From positions 1 through 33,586 of the forward strand of contig CAZOYL010000014.1 of the NCBI GenBank assembly GCA_964584035.1: a stretch of DNA of 33,586 nucleotides, written 5' to 3'. Positions 1 to 9,136 of this stretch are shown here, piece after piece (position 1 is the stretch's first letter; every line of letters begins with the position of its first letter). Below the pieces are notes generated by a model. It was given only the letters and a program-made list of their open reading frames with translations, was not told where the DNA came from and ran no database searches. The DNA comes from an uncultured Gemmatimonadota bacterium. GTDB taxonomy: Bacteria; SM23-81. A program made the position numbers and the translations under genes.

Positions 1-1
1 G

Positions 2-79
2 TATTCCAGCGGTATGTATATATTGACGCTTACAGCCGGTTTTTTCGAACAAAGCCGTAAAATGATATTGGTCCGATAA
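2..79 (+). CDS. 3' end of a secreted protein with a T9SS type A / FlgD-Ig-like C-terminal sorting domain (partial)
   Basis: Frame +2 reads YSSGMYILTLTAGFFEQSRKMILVR*, matching the SGxYxxxL...K(M/L)xL(V/L)(K/R)* tail typical of these domains; too short for the ORF track. Confidence 0.65.
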   Translation, partial: YSSGMYILTLTAGFFEQSRKMILVR

Positions 80-149
80 TATCATGTGACCGCAGGAAGA
101 CACAATTTATTGAGTTTTTAGATCAAGATACAAAAAGCCAGCGGTCGGC

Positions 150-248
150 ACATAACAAGGGCATTCAGGCGACGGCTCTTTACAGCACATCTATTCTAAT
201 CAAAACCTGCCCATCTCCCCACCGCACCTGATGCCCCAGCCGTCAGGT
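150..248 (+). repeat. attC site (family repeat copy 1)
   Basis: ACATAAC 150-156 ... GGCATTCAGG / CCTGATGCC arms ... GTCAGGT 242-248; nearly identical to the copy at 6360. Confidence 0.9.
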
Positions 249-1344
249 GGATCAAATGGGTCGGTATGCTGTGGAATATTGTCAGAAATGCATAATGCCT
301 TTAAGTTCACCTATTGTTTTTTTGAACAAGGCCGGAGAATGTAATTTCTGCTCAAATCATCAAGAAATTGGATTCCTTGGAGAAGAAGAGCTTTTAAGAG
401 TAATAGAAAGCTATCGGAGTATCGGAGAATACGATTGCATTGTAAATATCAGCGGTGGTCGTGATAGCACATTTACATTGCTTAAAATGGCAAAAGATTA
501 CTCGCTCAAAGTACTCGCTGTAAATTACGAAAATCCTTTTACGCATCCTCAAGCAAAGAAAAACATTGCCAATGCAGTAAGGAGACTGGATGTAAAACTA
601 ATCCAGTTCTCATTCAAAAATGACAGATATGAAAAAGTCTTAAGAAATAATATATTAACGTGGTTTAAAAATCCTGCTACAGCAATGGTGCCTGTTATTT
701 GCATTGGTTGTAAGATAATATGGCCCAGGATACTAAAGATAGCCAAAGAACGTGGAGTGAAATTAATTGTAAATGGCGGCAATCCTTATGAATATACCTC
801 TTTCAAGAAAGAACTTTTAGGAGTCCGTAACAGTTCAGCATTGGAAAAGACATACCTTTGGAACATTGTGGGCTTAATTAACGAATCGATCAGAAATTTG
901 GGGTACCTAAACCTCCGATATCTTCCGATTACATTAAAGGCCTTTTTGTTCAGCAATCAATATGCTATCGGGTCGAGAGTTTTTGGTCATGGCATTCGGC
1001 GTATTGATCTCTTTCATTATCTTGAATGGGATGAGAAAATGGTGCTATCAAGAATCCAGGATGAATTGGATTGGAATTCCCCAAAAGAGCATCATGGAAC
1101 ATGGCGTTTTGATTGTCAAATCTCACACTTGAAAGATTTTCTATATCTGAAAACTATCGCTATGACTGAAAAGAGTGATTTTTATTCGAAGTTAGTACGC
1201 TCAGGAAAGATATCGAGAAACGAGGCGCTTCAACGAATAGAGATGGAGAACCAAATACAGATTAATGCCATTGAGCAACTATTCGCTAAATTACAAATAG
1301 GATCCATTGACCTAAAAAAGGAAATGGCAGATTTGAGTAACTAG
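247..1344 (+). CDS. N-acetyl sugar amidotransferase-like PP-loop ATPase (WbpG/LPS-modification family)
   Basis: N-terminal CxxC...CxxC, YDCIVNISGGRDS PP-loop, CxxC and late FDC motif; true start may be GTG 271. Confidence 0.75.
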   Translation: MDQMGRYAVEYCQKCIMPLSSPIVFLNKAGECNFCSNHQEIGFLGEEELLRVIESYRSIGEYDCIVNISGGRDSTFTLLKMAKDYSLKVLAVNYENPFTHPQAKKNIANAVRRLDVKLIQFSFKNDRYEKVLRNNILTWFKNPATAMVPVICIGCKIIWPRILKIAKERGVKLIVNGGNPYEYTSFKKELLGVRNSSALEKTYLWNIVGLINESIRNLGYLNLRYLPITLKAFLFSNQYAIGSRVFGHGIRRIDLFHYLEWDEKMVLSRIQDELDWNSPKEHHGTWRFDCQISHLKDFLYLKTIAMTEKSDFYSKLVRSGKISRNEALQRIEMENQIQINAIEQLFAKLQIGSIDLKKEMADLSN

Positions 1345-1354
1345 AATGAAATCC

Positions 1355-1452
1355 TCCTAACGAGAGCATTCAGGTGACGGCTTTTTAAAGCGTTTCAATT
1401 CTAATCAAAACAAGCTTCGACCCCTACTGCACCTGATGCCCAGCCGTTAGCT
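1355..1452 (+). repeat. attC site (family copy 2)
   Basis: TCCTAAC ... GCATTCAGGTG / CACCTGATGC ... GTTAGCT. Confidence 0.9.
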
Positions 1453-1506
1453 ATACAATATCGTTCTAAAATAATATGATCAAGAATGTAAGGAACAATT
1501 ACTTAC

Positions 1507-2910
1507 ATGATTGAAGCAAAATTAATTTGGCCTCCTTATCCGTATCTCGCTGGATTCTGCATCAGCGATGATGCGGATTGTGCGACTCTCGAACAGGTTA
1601 AATCAGTCTATGATTTTCTTATTGAGTGTGATTTTCCAACAACGAAATCTGTGTGGCCATTTGCTCCCATTGACCAATGTGGATCTCCGCCAACACCGGA
1701 ATCAACACTGCGAGGAATCACTCTGGAAAATAAAGAGTATTTACGGTACTGCAAAAAACTGTCATCAAAAGGCTATGAAATATGTCTGCATGGTGCTTCA
1801 GCGGGGAATAACCAAAGGGACTCCATAAGAGAGTCTCTCGACTACTGCCGCCACCATTTCGGGAGCACCGACACATATATCTGCCACTCGAAAAATGCGG
1901 ACAACATCTATTGGGAACACAAGGTGACGGCACGTTTTCCATTTCATCTGGCGTTGAGATTATACTCCCAACACTCTTGCTCCGGTGAGATATCGGGTAG
2001 TCCCTTTTTTTGGGGCGACCTCTGTTCTGCATCCGTAAAACAGATACGTCTATTCAAGACCAGACACATCGATACCTTGTCGAGAAACCCATCGATGCCT
2101 TACCATGATCCCCAAAAGCCCCTGGTCAATAGCTGGTTCAGTGCGACCAAAAGAAAACTGTCGGATTGTGCCAGCCCTCTTGCGATCCATCGTCTCAAAC
2201 AGAATAATGGTCTCACAATACTCTATCAGTATCTGCATAGATATGCAGACCCATCCACCCATGGAGTTCAAGAAAGCTTTCGAAGATCCATCATCAGGCT
2301 TCGGAACGATTCCGGTATGTATATCGACACCGTATCTAACATCTTGAACAGGTTGAGGCAACTACAGGATATCTTTATTTTTTATCGGAACTATCAGGTT
2401 TATATAATTAACATTGGAGCGCAGTGGATCAAAAATCTCCAAATTCTGTTGCCATCTCAAAAAACAGCACTGGCCCCAAAAGAGAATACTCACGCAAGAC
2501 AGATAAAAAACAGACTGCTCATCCAAGAGATAATGCCGGAATCAATTACGCATTTCCAGCTCAAACAACCGATAACCTTCCGAAGGAACAGGCGGTGCTT
2601 TTCATTCAGAAAGCGACAATTGGCTCTCAAACAACCCTTTGGGCGCCTGTACATCAACCTCACCGAGAGCCGCTGCAGCCTCGATGATCGGATTCTGCCT
2701 CCATCGTCATTTCAAGTTGCAGACACGAAGAAAACACTTTCAGGAATGCCGATCCGTTCTGTGTTATCTTCCAGGGAAGAAAACAGACTTCTCAGAGATC
2801 AATTCTGGCTAATTCTGAGGGAAATACTGCTGCAGAAAAGACACATCAATATTGATAAGTATCTGGACAGCAGCAAACCAATTGCTTTGGAAGATTATGA
2901 AAACTGGTGA
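1507..2910 (+). CDS. Polysaccharide deacetylase-like (NodB/CE4-type fold) protein with C-terminal extension
   Basis: FCISDDAD, FPTTKSVW, GYEICLHG and HSKNxxNIYW motifs; AAGGA RBS upstream. Confidence 0.55.
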   Translation: MIEAKLIWPPYPYLAGFCISDDADCATLEQVKSVYDFLIECDFPTTKSVWPFAPIDQCGSPPTPESTLRGITLENKEYLRYCKKLSSKGYEICLHGASAGNNQRDSIRESLDYCRHHFGSTDTYICHSKNADNIYWEHKVTARFPFHLALRLYSQHSCSGEISGSPFFWGDLCSASVKQIRLFKTRHIDTLSRNPSMPYHDPQKPLVNSWFSATKRKLSDCASPLAIHRLKQNNGLTILYQYLHRYADPSTHGVQESFRRSIIRLRNDSGMYIDTVSNILNRLRQLQDIFIFYRNYQVYIINIGAQWIKNLQILLPSQKTALAPKENTHARQIKNRLLIQEIMPESITHFQLKQPITFRRNRRCFSFRKRQLALKQPFGRLYINLTESRCSLDDRILPPSSFQVADTKKTLSGMPIRSVLSSREENRLLRDQFWLILREILLQKRHINIDKYLDSSKPIALEDYENW

Positions 2911-3656
2911 GATCTCCCCTCATGATGTTCAATTGGAAACAGGGTATTCGAACACTGCTGACTCAATGCACTCTTTTATTCCAAGGGTATAGCTATTGCG
3001 TTCAGCGCCTGAGAAGCAACAAACGGATCTTCCGCTGCATGTTTCACTTCCAACCCGCTGAACCGGCCGAATCTTATTGGGATTGGACCACTCTTGTCCT
3101 AAAAAAAGCCATCCGCAAATATATGAAAAACCATTTCTGCATGGTGGATGTGGGAACCGGTGTGGTCGGAACCCTGGCACTATATGCCAAGGTACTATTT
3201 CCTCAGGCGAGAATATATGCTGTTGACCAATTTGATTTCATCGTCGCTTCTGCTCGGAATTGTGCTGTTATAAACAGAGTGCCTGTCTATTTCTGGATTG
3301 GCGATCTATTGAATGGGATCCGTGCGAACTTTGATCTCATCGTTTTCAATCCCCCCTATATCGATAAACGAACGAATCAGCGGCTGCGAATACTGGATGG
3401 TGACATATCCCGCAAAAGAAGCTTTGGCGGATCGGACGGATGTAGGACAATCGACAGGTTTCTGATGAATGTCTCTGATCACCTTGCTATGGATGGATTG
3501 GTCCTATTAGGTGCCAACGAATTCTATATTCCCCGAAAGGAAATTGAGCACTTGGTTTCTCGGAGCTCATTGAGGACCATCGAAACACTCAGCAATCCTA
3601 TTACCATGTCCTATGCCTTCGTTATGAGGAAGTCGTCTGAGGATGGAAACATATGA
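2907..3656 (+). CDS. Class I SAM-dependent methyltransferase (HemK/PrmC-like)
   Basis: VDVGTGVVG motif I, DLIVFNPPY motif IV, GGSDG; GTGA overlap with the upstream gene. Confidence 0.8.
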   Translation: MRSPLMMFNWKQGIRTLLTQCTLLFQGYSYCVQRLRSNKRIFRCMFHFQPAEPAESYWDWTTLVLKKAIRKYMKNHFCMVDVGTGVVGTLALYAKVLFPQARIYAVDQFDFIVASARNCAVINRVPVYFWIGDLLNGIRANFDLIVFNPPYIDKRTNQRLRILDGDISRKRSFGGSDGCRTIDRFLMNVSDHLAMDGLVLLGANEFYIPRKEIEHLVSRSSLRTIETLSNPITMSYAFVMRKSSEDGNI

Positions 3657-5434
3657 TCATCTTGGGTCTTGATATCGGATCCTCGGCCTGTTTGTTCATG
3701 GGACACACGATCGTGTCTTTCTGTCAGGAGGAAAGACTCATCGGGCTGAAAAAACGCATCAATATCTTTCCCCGCGAAGCGGTCAAATGGTGCCTGGATC
3801 AGAACAACATCAGCCTTGCAGATGTCGATAAGATCGCAGTCAGCTGGGATTGCACGAAATATCCGTTCAAAATGCTCAGACCGTTGCTCATTCAAAAAAT
3901 AAAAAACAGAAGGAGATACTCAGGGAAAAGACCGGACTCGGTAGAGACACGATCCGTCAACGATGCCATCGAATACTTGCTGACCAATAGTCCATCGACC
4001 GTGAGAAAAACGATCAGAGTCAATCTGCGCATCATGGGATTCAATGGGCCGATTCCTGAGATCGTATTCGTCGGCCATCATCTCTCGCACGCCTATCAAG
4101 CATACTATCAATCTACATTCAAAGATGCCGCAATTCTCATCGCCGACGGAAGCGGAGAGGAGAATTGTGTTTCGGCCTATACCATGAAAAACGGCATCCT
4201 TAAGAAACTCTTCGGATACGATGTTCCCCAATCCCTTGGCTGGTTCTACAATGCTTTTACCGCATATCTTGGTTTCATACCGAACAGAGATGAAGGCAAA
4301 TTGATGGGCCTGGCCGCTTATGGAAATGCACGACAGCAGCACAACCCCTGGATCGAGCGGATTGATCACATCCTCAGCATCACATCGGATGGATATCGAA
4401 TACGTCCCGGATACCTGAAATTCGGCGGCAATGAATACCATCCGAATTACACGGATTCGCTGGTTGATTTCATTACTTCCTACGACCCAGATCTATTTCC
4501 CATTGGTTTGGGTGAGGTGTCCAGGCAGGGTAATAAATATTTATCAGACCAATACGTGGATCTCGCATTCGCTGTTCAGATGCAGCTCGAACGAGCCGTT
4601 ATCTCTCTAGCCAGAAGATTGGTTTCGGCTTCAGGCCTAAGAAATTTGTGCCTGGCGGGCGGGATATTCATGAATTGCAAAGCCAATGGATCTATTTTAG
4701 ATCATACCGATATAGACAATCTCTTTATTCCACCAGCAGCCTCCGATGAAGGAGCCTGTATGGGAGCGGTCTTCTATGTGGCCAGCCAAAAAGGAGTGAG
4801 TATTTCGAAGATAAGAGATTACAACACCTTAGGTCCAAGATATTCAAATGATATAATCGTTCGTATTCTGAAAAACAATAGCATCCGCTATGAATCACCA
4901 TCTGATGTCTATGAGAGAACCGCACACTTTATCGAGAGCATGAAAACCGTCGGCTGTTTTCGAGATGGATTGGAGGTTGGAGCCCGCGCCCTTGGCAATC
5001 GGAGCATCCTGGCAAATCCATTCTCAAAAGATATTAAGGATCAGCTGAATACCACGATCAAATACCGCGAAAGATGGCGACCATACTGCCCTTCAGTTAA
5101 TAGTGAATATGCCGATAAGGTGATGAAACGCAAAGCGGAAATACCTTTCATGAATATCGGCAGAAAAGCCACACAATATGTTATCAATGAAGCCCCCGAT
5201 GTTGTCCATGTCGATGACACTATGCGCCCCCAAACGGTCGACAGAGAGCATTATCCCAATTTTCACATGCTGCTGGAGAGGATCGGCAAAAAAATAGGCA
5301 CCCCGATGGTCCTCAATACGTCATTCAATATTAGAGGAAAGCCAATCGTCTGTAATCCGTATGATGCCATCTCAACATTTTATTCAACAAATCTTGACAA
5401 ACTTGTGCTTGAAGACATTATTATTCACAAATAG
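3653..5434 (+). CDS. Carbamoyltransferase (NodU/CmcH/TobZ family)
   Basis: QEERL, HHLSHA, DGSGE, EGKLMGLAAYG, LAGG..MNCKANG, GARALGNRSIL, KYRERWRP, LNTSFN; ATGA overlap with the upstream gene. Confidence 0.95.
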   Translation: MIILGLDIGSSACLFMGHTIVSFCQEERLIGLKKRINIFPREAVKWCLDQNNISLADVDKIAVSWDCTKYPFKMLRPLLIQKIKNRRRYSGKRPDSVETRSVNDAIEYLLTNSPSTVRKTIRVNLRIMGFNGPIPEIVFVGHHLSHAYQAYYQSTFKDAAILIADGSGEENCVSAYTMKNGILKKLFGYDVPQSLGWFYNAFTAYLGFIPNRDEGKLMGLAAYGNARQQHNPWIERIDHILSITSDGYRIRPGYLKFGGNEYHPNYTDSLVDFITSYDPDLFPIGLGEVSRQGNKYLSDQYVDLAFAVQMQLERAVISLARRLVSASGLRNLCLAGGIFMNCKANGSILDHTDIDNLFIPPAASDEGACMGAVFYVASQKGVSISKIRDYNTLGPRYSNDIIVRILKNNSIRYESPSDVYERTAHFIESMKTVGCFRDGLEVGARALGNRSILANPFSKDIKDQLNTTIKYRERWRPYCPSVNSEYADKVMKRKAEIPFMNIGRKATQYVINEAPDVVHVDDTMRPQTVDREHYPNFHMLLERIGKKIGTPMVLNTSFNIRGKPIVCNPYDAISTFYSTNLDKLVLEDIIIHK

Positions 5435-5583
5435 TATTCATTCGACAGCAAAGATGTCAACTCCTTAGCTTAAGGCAACTGATTCCTAAGCAGTTATCAC
5501 TACTATATTTGATAAATAGATCCCAGCCAAGATTGGTTGTACAGAGTTATGGCGTAATCGCTTGAGAATCGTTTTGCATTTCC

Positions 5584-5679
5584 ACCTAACCAGGGCATCC
5601 AGGCAACGGCGTTTACAGCACAACTACGAGTCAAAACCTGCACCTACACCCACCGCACCTGATGCCCCAGCCGTTAGGC
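5584..5679 (+). repeat. attC site (family copy 3)
   Basis: ACCTAAC ... GGCATCCAGG / CCTGATGCC ... GTTAGGC. Confidence 0.92.
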
Positions 5680-5715
5680 AGATCAATTAGATTTAGTCTT
5701 TTTAGTGATTTCTCC

Positions 5716-5744
5716 TTGACAACTATGCGCCATTGGCGTATATT
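5716..5744 (+). promoter_or_regulatory. sigma70 promoter of the TA cassette with overlapping operator palindrome
   Basis: TTGACA (5716-5721), 17 bp, TATATT (5739-5744); inverted repeat TATGCGCCA-T-TGGCGTATA at 5724-5742. Confidence 0.8.
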
Positions 5745-5750
5745 CCTACC

Positions 5751-6068
5751 GTGAAATTCATTGAGACCCTCATCTTCACCCGAGCCATCCATCGCCTCCT
5801 CAGTGCTGAACAATACCGCTTATTATAGCTCGCCCTGCTGCGACGCCCAGAGCAGGGAGATGTCATGATCGGCGGAGGTACCCTTCGAAAAATCCGATGG
5901 AGCCTCAGAGACAAGGGCAAACGTGGAGGTGTTCGAATCATCTACTATTGGGATGAAAAGCAAGAAACATTCTACATGCTCCTCGCTTATTCAAAGAGTC
6001 AACAAGAAGATCTGACGACCGATCAGATAAAAATCTTAAAGCGCTTGATCCGGGAGGAGTTCAAATGA
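5751..6068 (+). pseudogene. RelE/HigB-family toxin interrupted by an in-frame TAG
   Basis: GTG 5751 reads MKFIETLIFTRAIHRLLSAEQYRLL*LALLRRPEQGDVMIGGGTLRKIRW...GKRGGVRIIYY...LLAYSK; the stop is at 5826-5828. Confidence 0.85.
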
Positions 6069-6355
6069 AAAAACAGGATTTTGACACTTTGGTGAAGAGT
6101 ATCAAACAGGCGGGTAAAATCAGGCGAGGGGAAATGAAGGCCAGTCGGACCTTTCATTTCAAACCTGCGGACATTCGACGTATCCGTGACAGACTGAAGA
6201 TGTCTCAGTCTGAATTCGCCTTGATGATCGGGGTCAGTGTGGCGACTCTTCAAAATTGGGAACAGGGGCGTCGACGTCCCGAAGGACCCGCACGTGCCTT
6301 GCTGAAGATTGCTGCTGAAAATCCTAAAGCTGTCATCGAAGCCCTATTTGCATGA
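6065..6355 (+). CDS. Xre/HTH antitoxin (HigA-2/NadS-like)
   Basis: IRDRLKMSQSEFALMIGVSVATLQNWEQGRRRPEGPARALL; ATGA overlap with the toxin gene. Confidence 0.9.
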   Translation: MKKQDFDTLVKSIKQAGKIRRGEMKASRTFHFKPADIRRIRDRLKMSQSEFALMIGVSVATLQNWEQGRRRPEGPARALLKIAAENPKAVIEALFA

Positions 6356-6359
6356 AACT

Positions 6360-6459
6360 GCCTAACAAGGGCATTCAGGCGACGGCTCTTTACAGCGATT
6401 CTATTCTAGTCAAAACAAGCACATTTCCCACGTCGCAACTGATGCCCCTGCCGTTAGGT
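6360..6459 (+). repeat. attC site (family copy 4)
   Basis: GCCTAAC ... GGCATTCAG / CTGATGCC ... GTTAGGT. Confidence 0.92.
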
Positions 6460-7000
6460 GCAATCAAAAAAGGAACATATTGTAACTAAGAAAGAGTTCA
6501 TGAATTCGGTGATTAACGGTCAGGTAGACATTTTACAACAAATGTTGGATCTGCTCAATTCTCAAAAAGTCGAATATTGCCTCATCGGAGGCCTTGCGGT
6601 CAACGCCTTTGTCGAACCAGTTGTTAGCTTAGATCTCGAACTGGTCGTGGTGGCAGAGGCCATAGACGATCTACTCAAAGAGGCAGAGAAGATCTTTCGA
6701 ATTGAAGAGTTTCCTCATAGTATCGAGCTCAGCAGCATCAAATCCGATTTGAGAATCCAGTTACAGACTGATCCTCGTTATCAGGATTTTATCCAGCGTG
6801 CCTCCATAAAAGATGTGATGGGGTATGAAAGGAAAGTGGCTGCCGTCGAAGATGTGCTGCAAGGGAAAATCTGGGCCTATCTCGATGATCGGAGACGGCA
6901 AAGCAAACGTCAAAAAGATCTCGCTGACATCTACCGTCTTGTCGAAGAGTATCCCTCCTTAAAGGATCTTCTTCCGGAGTCGATGAAGAATGAATTGTGA
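6458..7000 (+). CDS. Nucleotidyltransferase-fold protein (AbiEii/AbiGii-like), stand-alone
   Basis: YCLIGGLAVNA...SLDLELVV (GG-x-DxD-like) and C-terminal K...KDLADI helix; start codon uncertain. Confidence 0.7.
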   Translation: MQSKKEHIVTKKEFMNSVINGQVDILQQMLDLLNSQKVEYCLIGGLAVNAFVEPVVSLDLELVVVAEAIDDLLKEAEKIFRIEEFPHSIELSSIKSDLRIQLQTDPRYQDFIQRASIKDVMGYERKVAAVEDVLQGKIWAYLDDRRRQSKRQKDLADIYRLVEEYPSLKDLLPESMKNEL

Positions 7001-7016
7001 AATAGAATTTTGATAC

Positions 7017-7113
7017 ACCTAACCAGGGCATTCAGGCAAAGGCTCTTCAAAGCACAACAACTAGTCAAAACCTGACCCTGCACCCGCCGCACCTGACACC
7101 CCAGACGTTAGGC
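7017..7113 (+). repeat. attC site (family copy 5)
   Basis: ACCTAAC ... GGCATTCAGG / CCTGACACC ... GTTAGGC. Confidence 0.9.
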
Positions 7114-7343
7114 AGCACCTGGAGATATCCATGAACCTTTCTATGGCTTGGATCATTCACAACCAATATCCCAATCGTTAGCGATTACCAGCATCTTAAC
7201 TTTGGACGTAAGTTTTTTAAGTTGTTAAAAAACGGATAATTACAAAAACAAATGGCGGCAAACATAATTATAATATAAACAACAGCTTACAAAAACGATT
7301 TGCAAGGTTTTACACATCAAACATCAAAACAAGGACAACTTAA

Positions 7344-8576
7344 ATGGCCCTGAACTATATATGGATCGCATTCTTCCTGATTGCATTTTTAGTAGCATTC
7401 ATCAAACTAATATTTTTAGGTGACACCGAAGTTTTTCCCAAAATTATTGAAATGATTTTTGATATGTCCAAAACCGGGTTTGAGCTATCGATTTATCTTA
7501 CCGGTGTCATGGCCTTTTGGCTGGGAATAATGAAAATCGGTGAAGAAGGTGGAATCATTCGCGTTTTTAGCCGGCTGGTTGGTCCCTTCTTTTCCCGTTT
7601 ATTTCCTGATATTCCTAAAGACCACCCTGCTACCGGCTCTATGATTATGAACTTCTCCGCCAATATGCTGGGTTTAGACAACGCCGCTACGCCTCTTGGA
7701 TTAAAAACCATGAAGGAGATGCAGCAAATTAATCCTAAAAAAGATACCGCTTCTAATTCCCAGATAATGTTTCTGGTTTTAAACACCTCCGGTCTTAGCA
7801 TCATTCCTTTAACAATTTTAATAGATCGCTCGGTCGTCGGTGCCGCCAATCCCACCGATGTTTTTATTCCCATTATGTTAGCGACCTTTTTCAGCACTTT
7901 AACCGGTTTAATTGCAGTCTCTATCTATCAGAAAATAAACCTTTTCGACAAGGTGATACTCTCCTATTTGGGTGGAATTACTCTGTTCATGACTGGAGTC
8001 ATCGTTTATTTTTCTCTCATCCCCCAGGAACAAATTGCTGAAATTTCAAGTGTTGCCAGCACATTTATCATTTTTACCGTCATTATCAGTTTCATATTTT
8101 TGGCTCTGATTAAAAAAGTGAATATTTATGAAGCCTTTATCGATGGCGCAAAAGAAGGTTTTGGGATTGCGGTAAAAATAATTCCTTACTTAGTGGCAAT
8201 TTTAGTGGCCATTGGTGTTTTCCGCGCGGCCGGAGCAATGGATTATGTGGTAAAAATCATCTCATCTTCCATTTCCTTTTTCGGCATCAATGCTGATTTT
8301 GTGGAAGCACTGCCAACTGCCCTGATGAAACCTCTCAGCGGTAGCGCCGCCCGGGGAATGAACCTGGAAATCATGAAAACCTACGGACCGGATGGTTTTG
8401 TCGGCAGACTTTCCAGCATTTTTCGAGGTGCGACGGAAACAACCTTCTATATCATTGCCGTATATTTCGGGTCGGTTAATATAAAAAAAACCCGCTATGC
8501 CGTAACCGCCGGATTAATAGCGGACGCTGCCGGGATAATTGCCGGAATTTTTATTGGCTATTTGTTTTTTCACTAA
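7344..8576 (+). CDS. Fused SpmA/SpmB (nucleoside-recognition Gate domain) membrane protein
   Basis: ANMLGLDNAATPLGLK, FIDGAKEGF, KPLSGSAARG and ETTFYIIAVYFGSV motifs; many TM helices. Confidence 0.9.
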   Translation: MALNYIWIAFFLIAFLVAFIKLIFLGDTEVFPKIIEMIFDMSKTGFELSIYLTGVMAFWLGIMKIGEEGGIIRVFSRLVGPFFSRLFPDIPKDHPATGSMIMNFSANMLGLDNAATPLGLKTMKEMQQINPKKDTASNSQIMFLVLNTSGLSIIPLTILIDRSVVGAANPTDVFIPIMLATFFSTLTGLIAVSIYQKINLFDKVILSYLGGITLFMTGVIVYFSLIPQEQIAEISSVASTFIIFTVIISFIFLALIKKVNIYEAFIDGAKEGFGIAVKIIPYLVAILVAIGVFRAAGAMDYVVKIISSSISFFGINADFVEALPTALMKPLSGSAARGMNLEIMKTYGPDGFVGRLSSIFRGATETTFYIIAVYFGSVNIKKTRYAVTAGLIADAAGIIAGIFIGYLFFH

Positions 8577-8732
8577 ATCAAAGACTGGTTTTTCTTTTTG
8601 TAAAAGGACTCAATCACTCTCCCCAGAGTGACACCTTTTCTTGTCAGCGCCTCATGGATTTGTCTGGGATACTAGGCCGTTGGACAGACACATTGAACCA
8701 CTCCCGAGAGGGTAGCTGCCGAGATCCTGGCA

Positions 8733-9122
8733 ATGAGGACGCGCTACGATCCCTTCCTCTTGCCAACTCCATATAATGAAGTGTTCACCGACTCGAATCT
8801 ATTATTCCTCTGGCCGAAGTTCCGGTCGGCTTCGCGCGATTATCTTGCTGAGATGAAAACGATGCGCAAGAAGTACCTCTCCATCTATGGTGAGAAGGAC
8901 CCCATCGTGCCAGTCGCATCGTGTGTCCGCAACATAGACTCGTTGATGAAGGCGAGCGCGAACGACGAGTACGCAATAATCGTACTCCCGGGCGTCGATC
9001 ACTCCTTCTTCAGGGTTGGAACGCAAGACCAGATTCCTGTGCTTTACATTGTCATCAACTGGCTCACCGCGGCGGACGCGCCCGAAACTGACGCGCGAGC
9101 CGTTAGGCCAAAACTACATTAA
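8733..9122 (+). pseudogene. C-terminal fragment of an alpha/beta hydrolase
   Basis: Retains the IYGEKDPIVP (acid) and LPGVDHSF (His) motifs but has no GxSxG; upstream frame is closed by stops; the 3' end runs into a half attC. Confidence 0.6.
9070..9108 (+). repeat. attC right half (left arm deleted)
   Basis: AACTGACGCGCGAGCC-GTTAGGC has the same L'-R' spacing as intact copies; GTTAGGC pairs with the next R'' GCCTAAC at 9934. Confidence 0.65.
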
Positions 9123-9136
9123 AGGGTAGCAGAGCA

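Noticed and set aside
5466..5499. Possible extra collapsed attC after the carbamoyltransferase (TAGCTTAAG...GCAACTGATTCCTAAGCA-GTTATCA)
   Set aside because: There is some resemblance to an L'/R' arm, but too many mismatches and no matching partner end; left uncalled.
5826..5828. Pyrrolysine or amber recoding in the toxin
   Set aside because: A single TAG at a probable Gln position; other genes use TAG as a normal stop and no pyl genes are visible.
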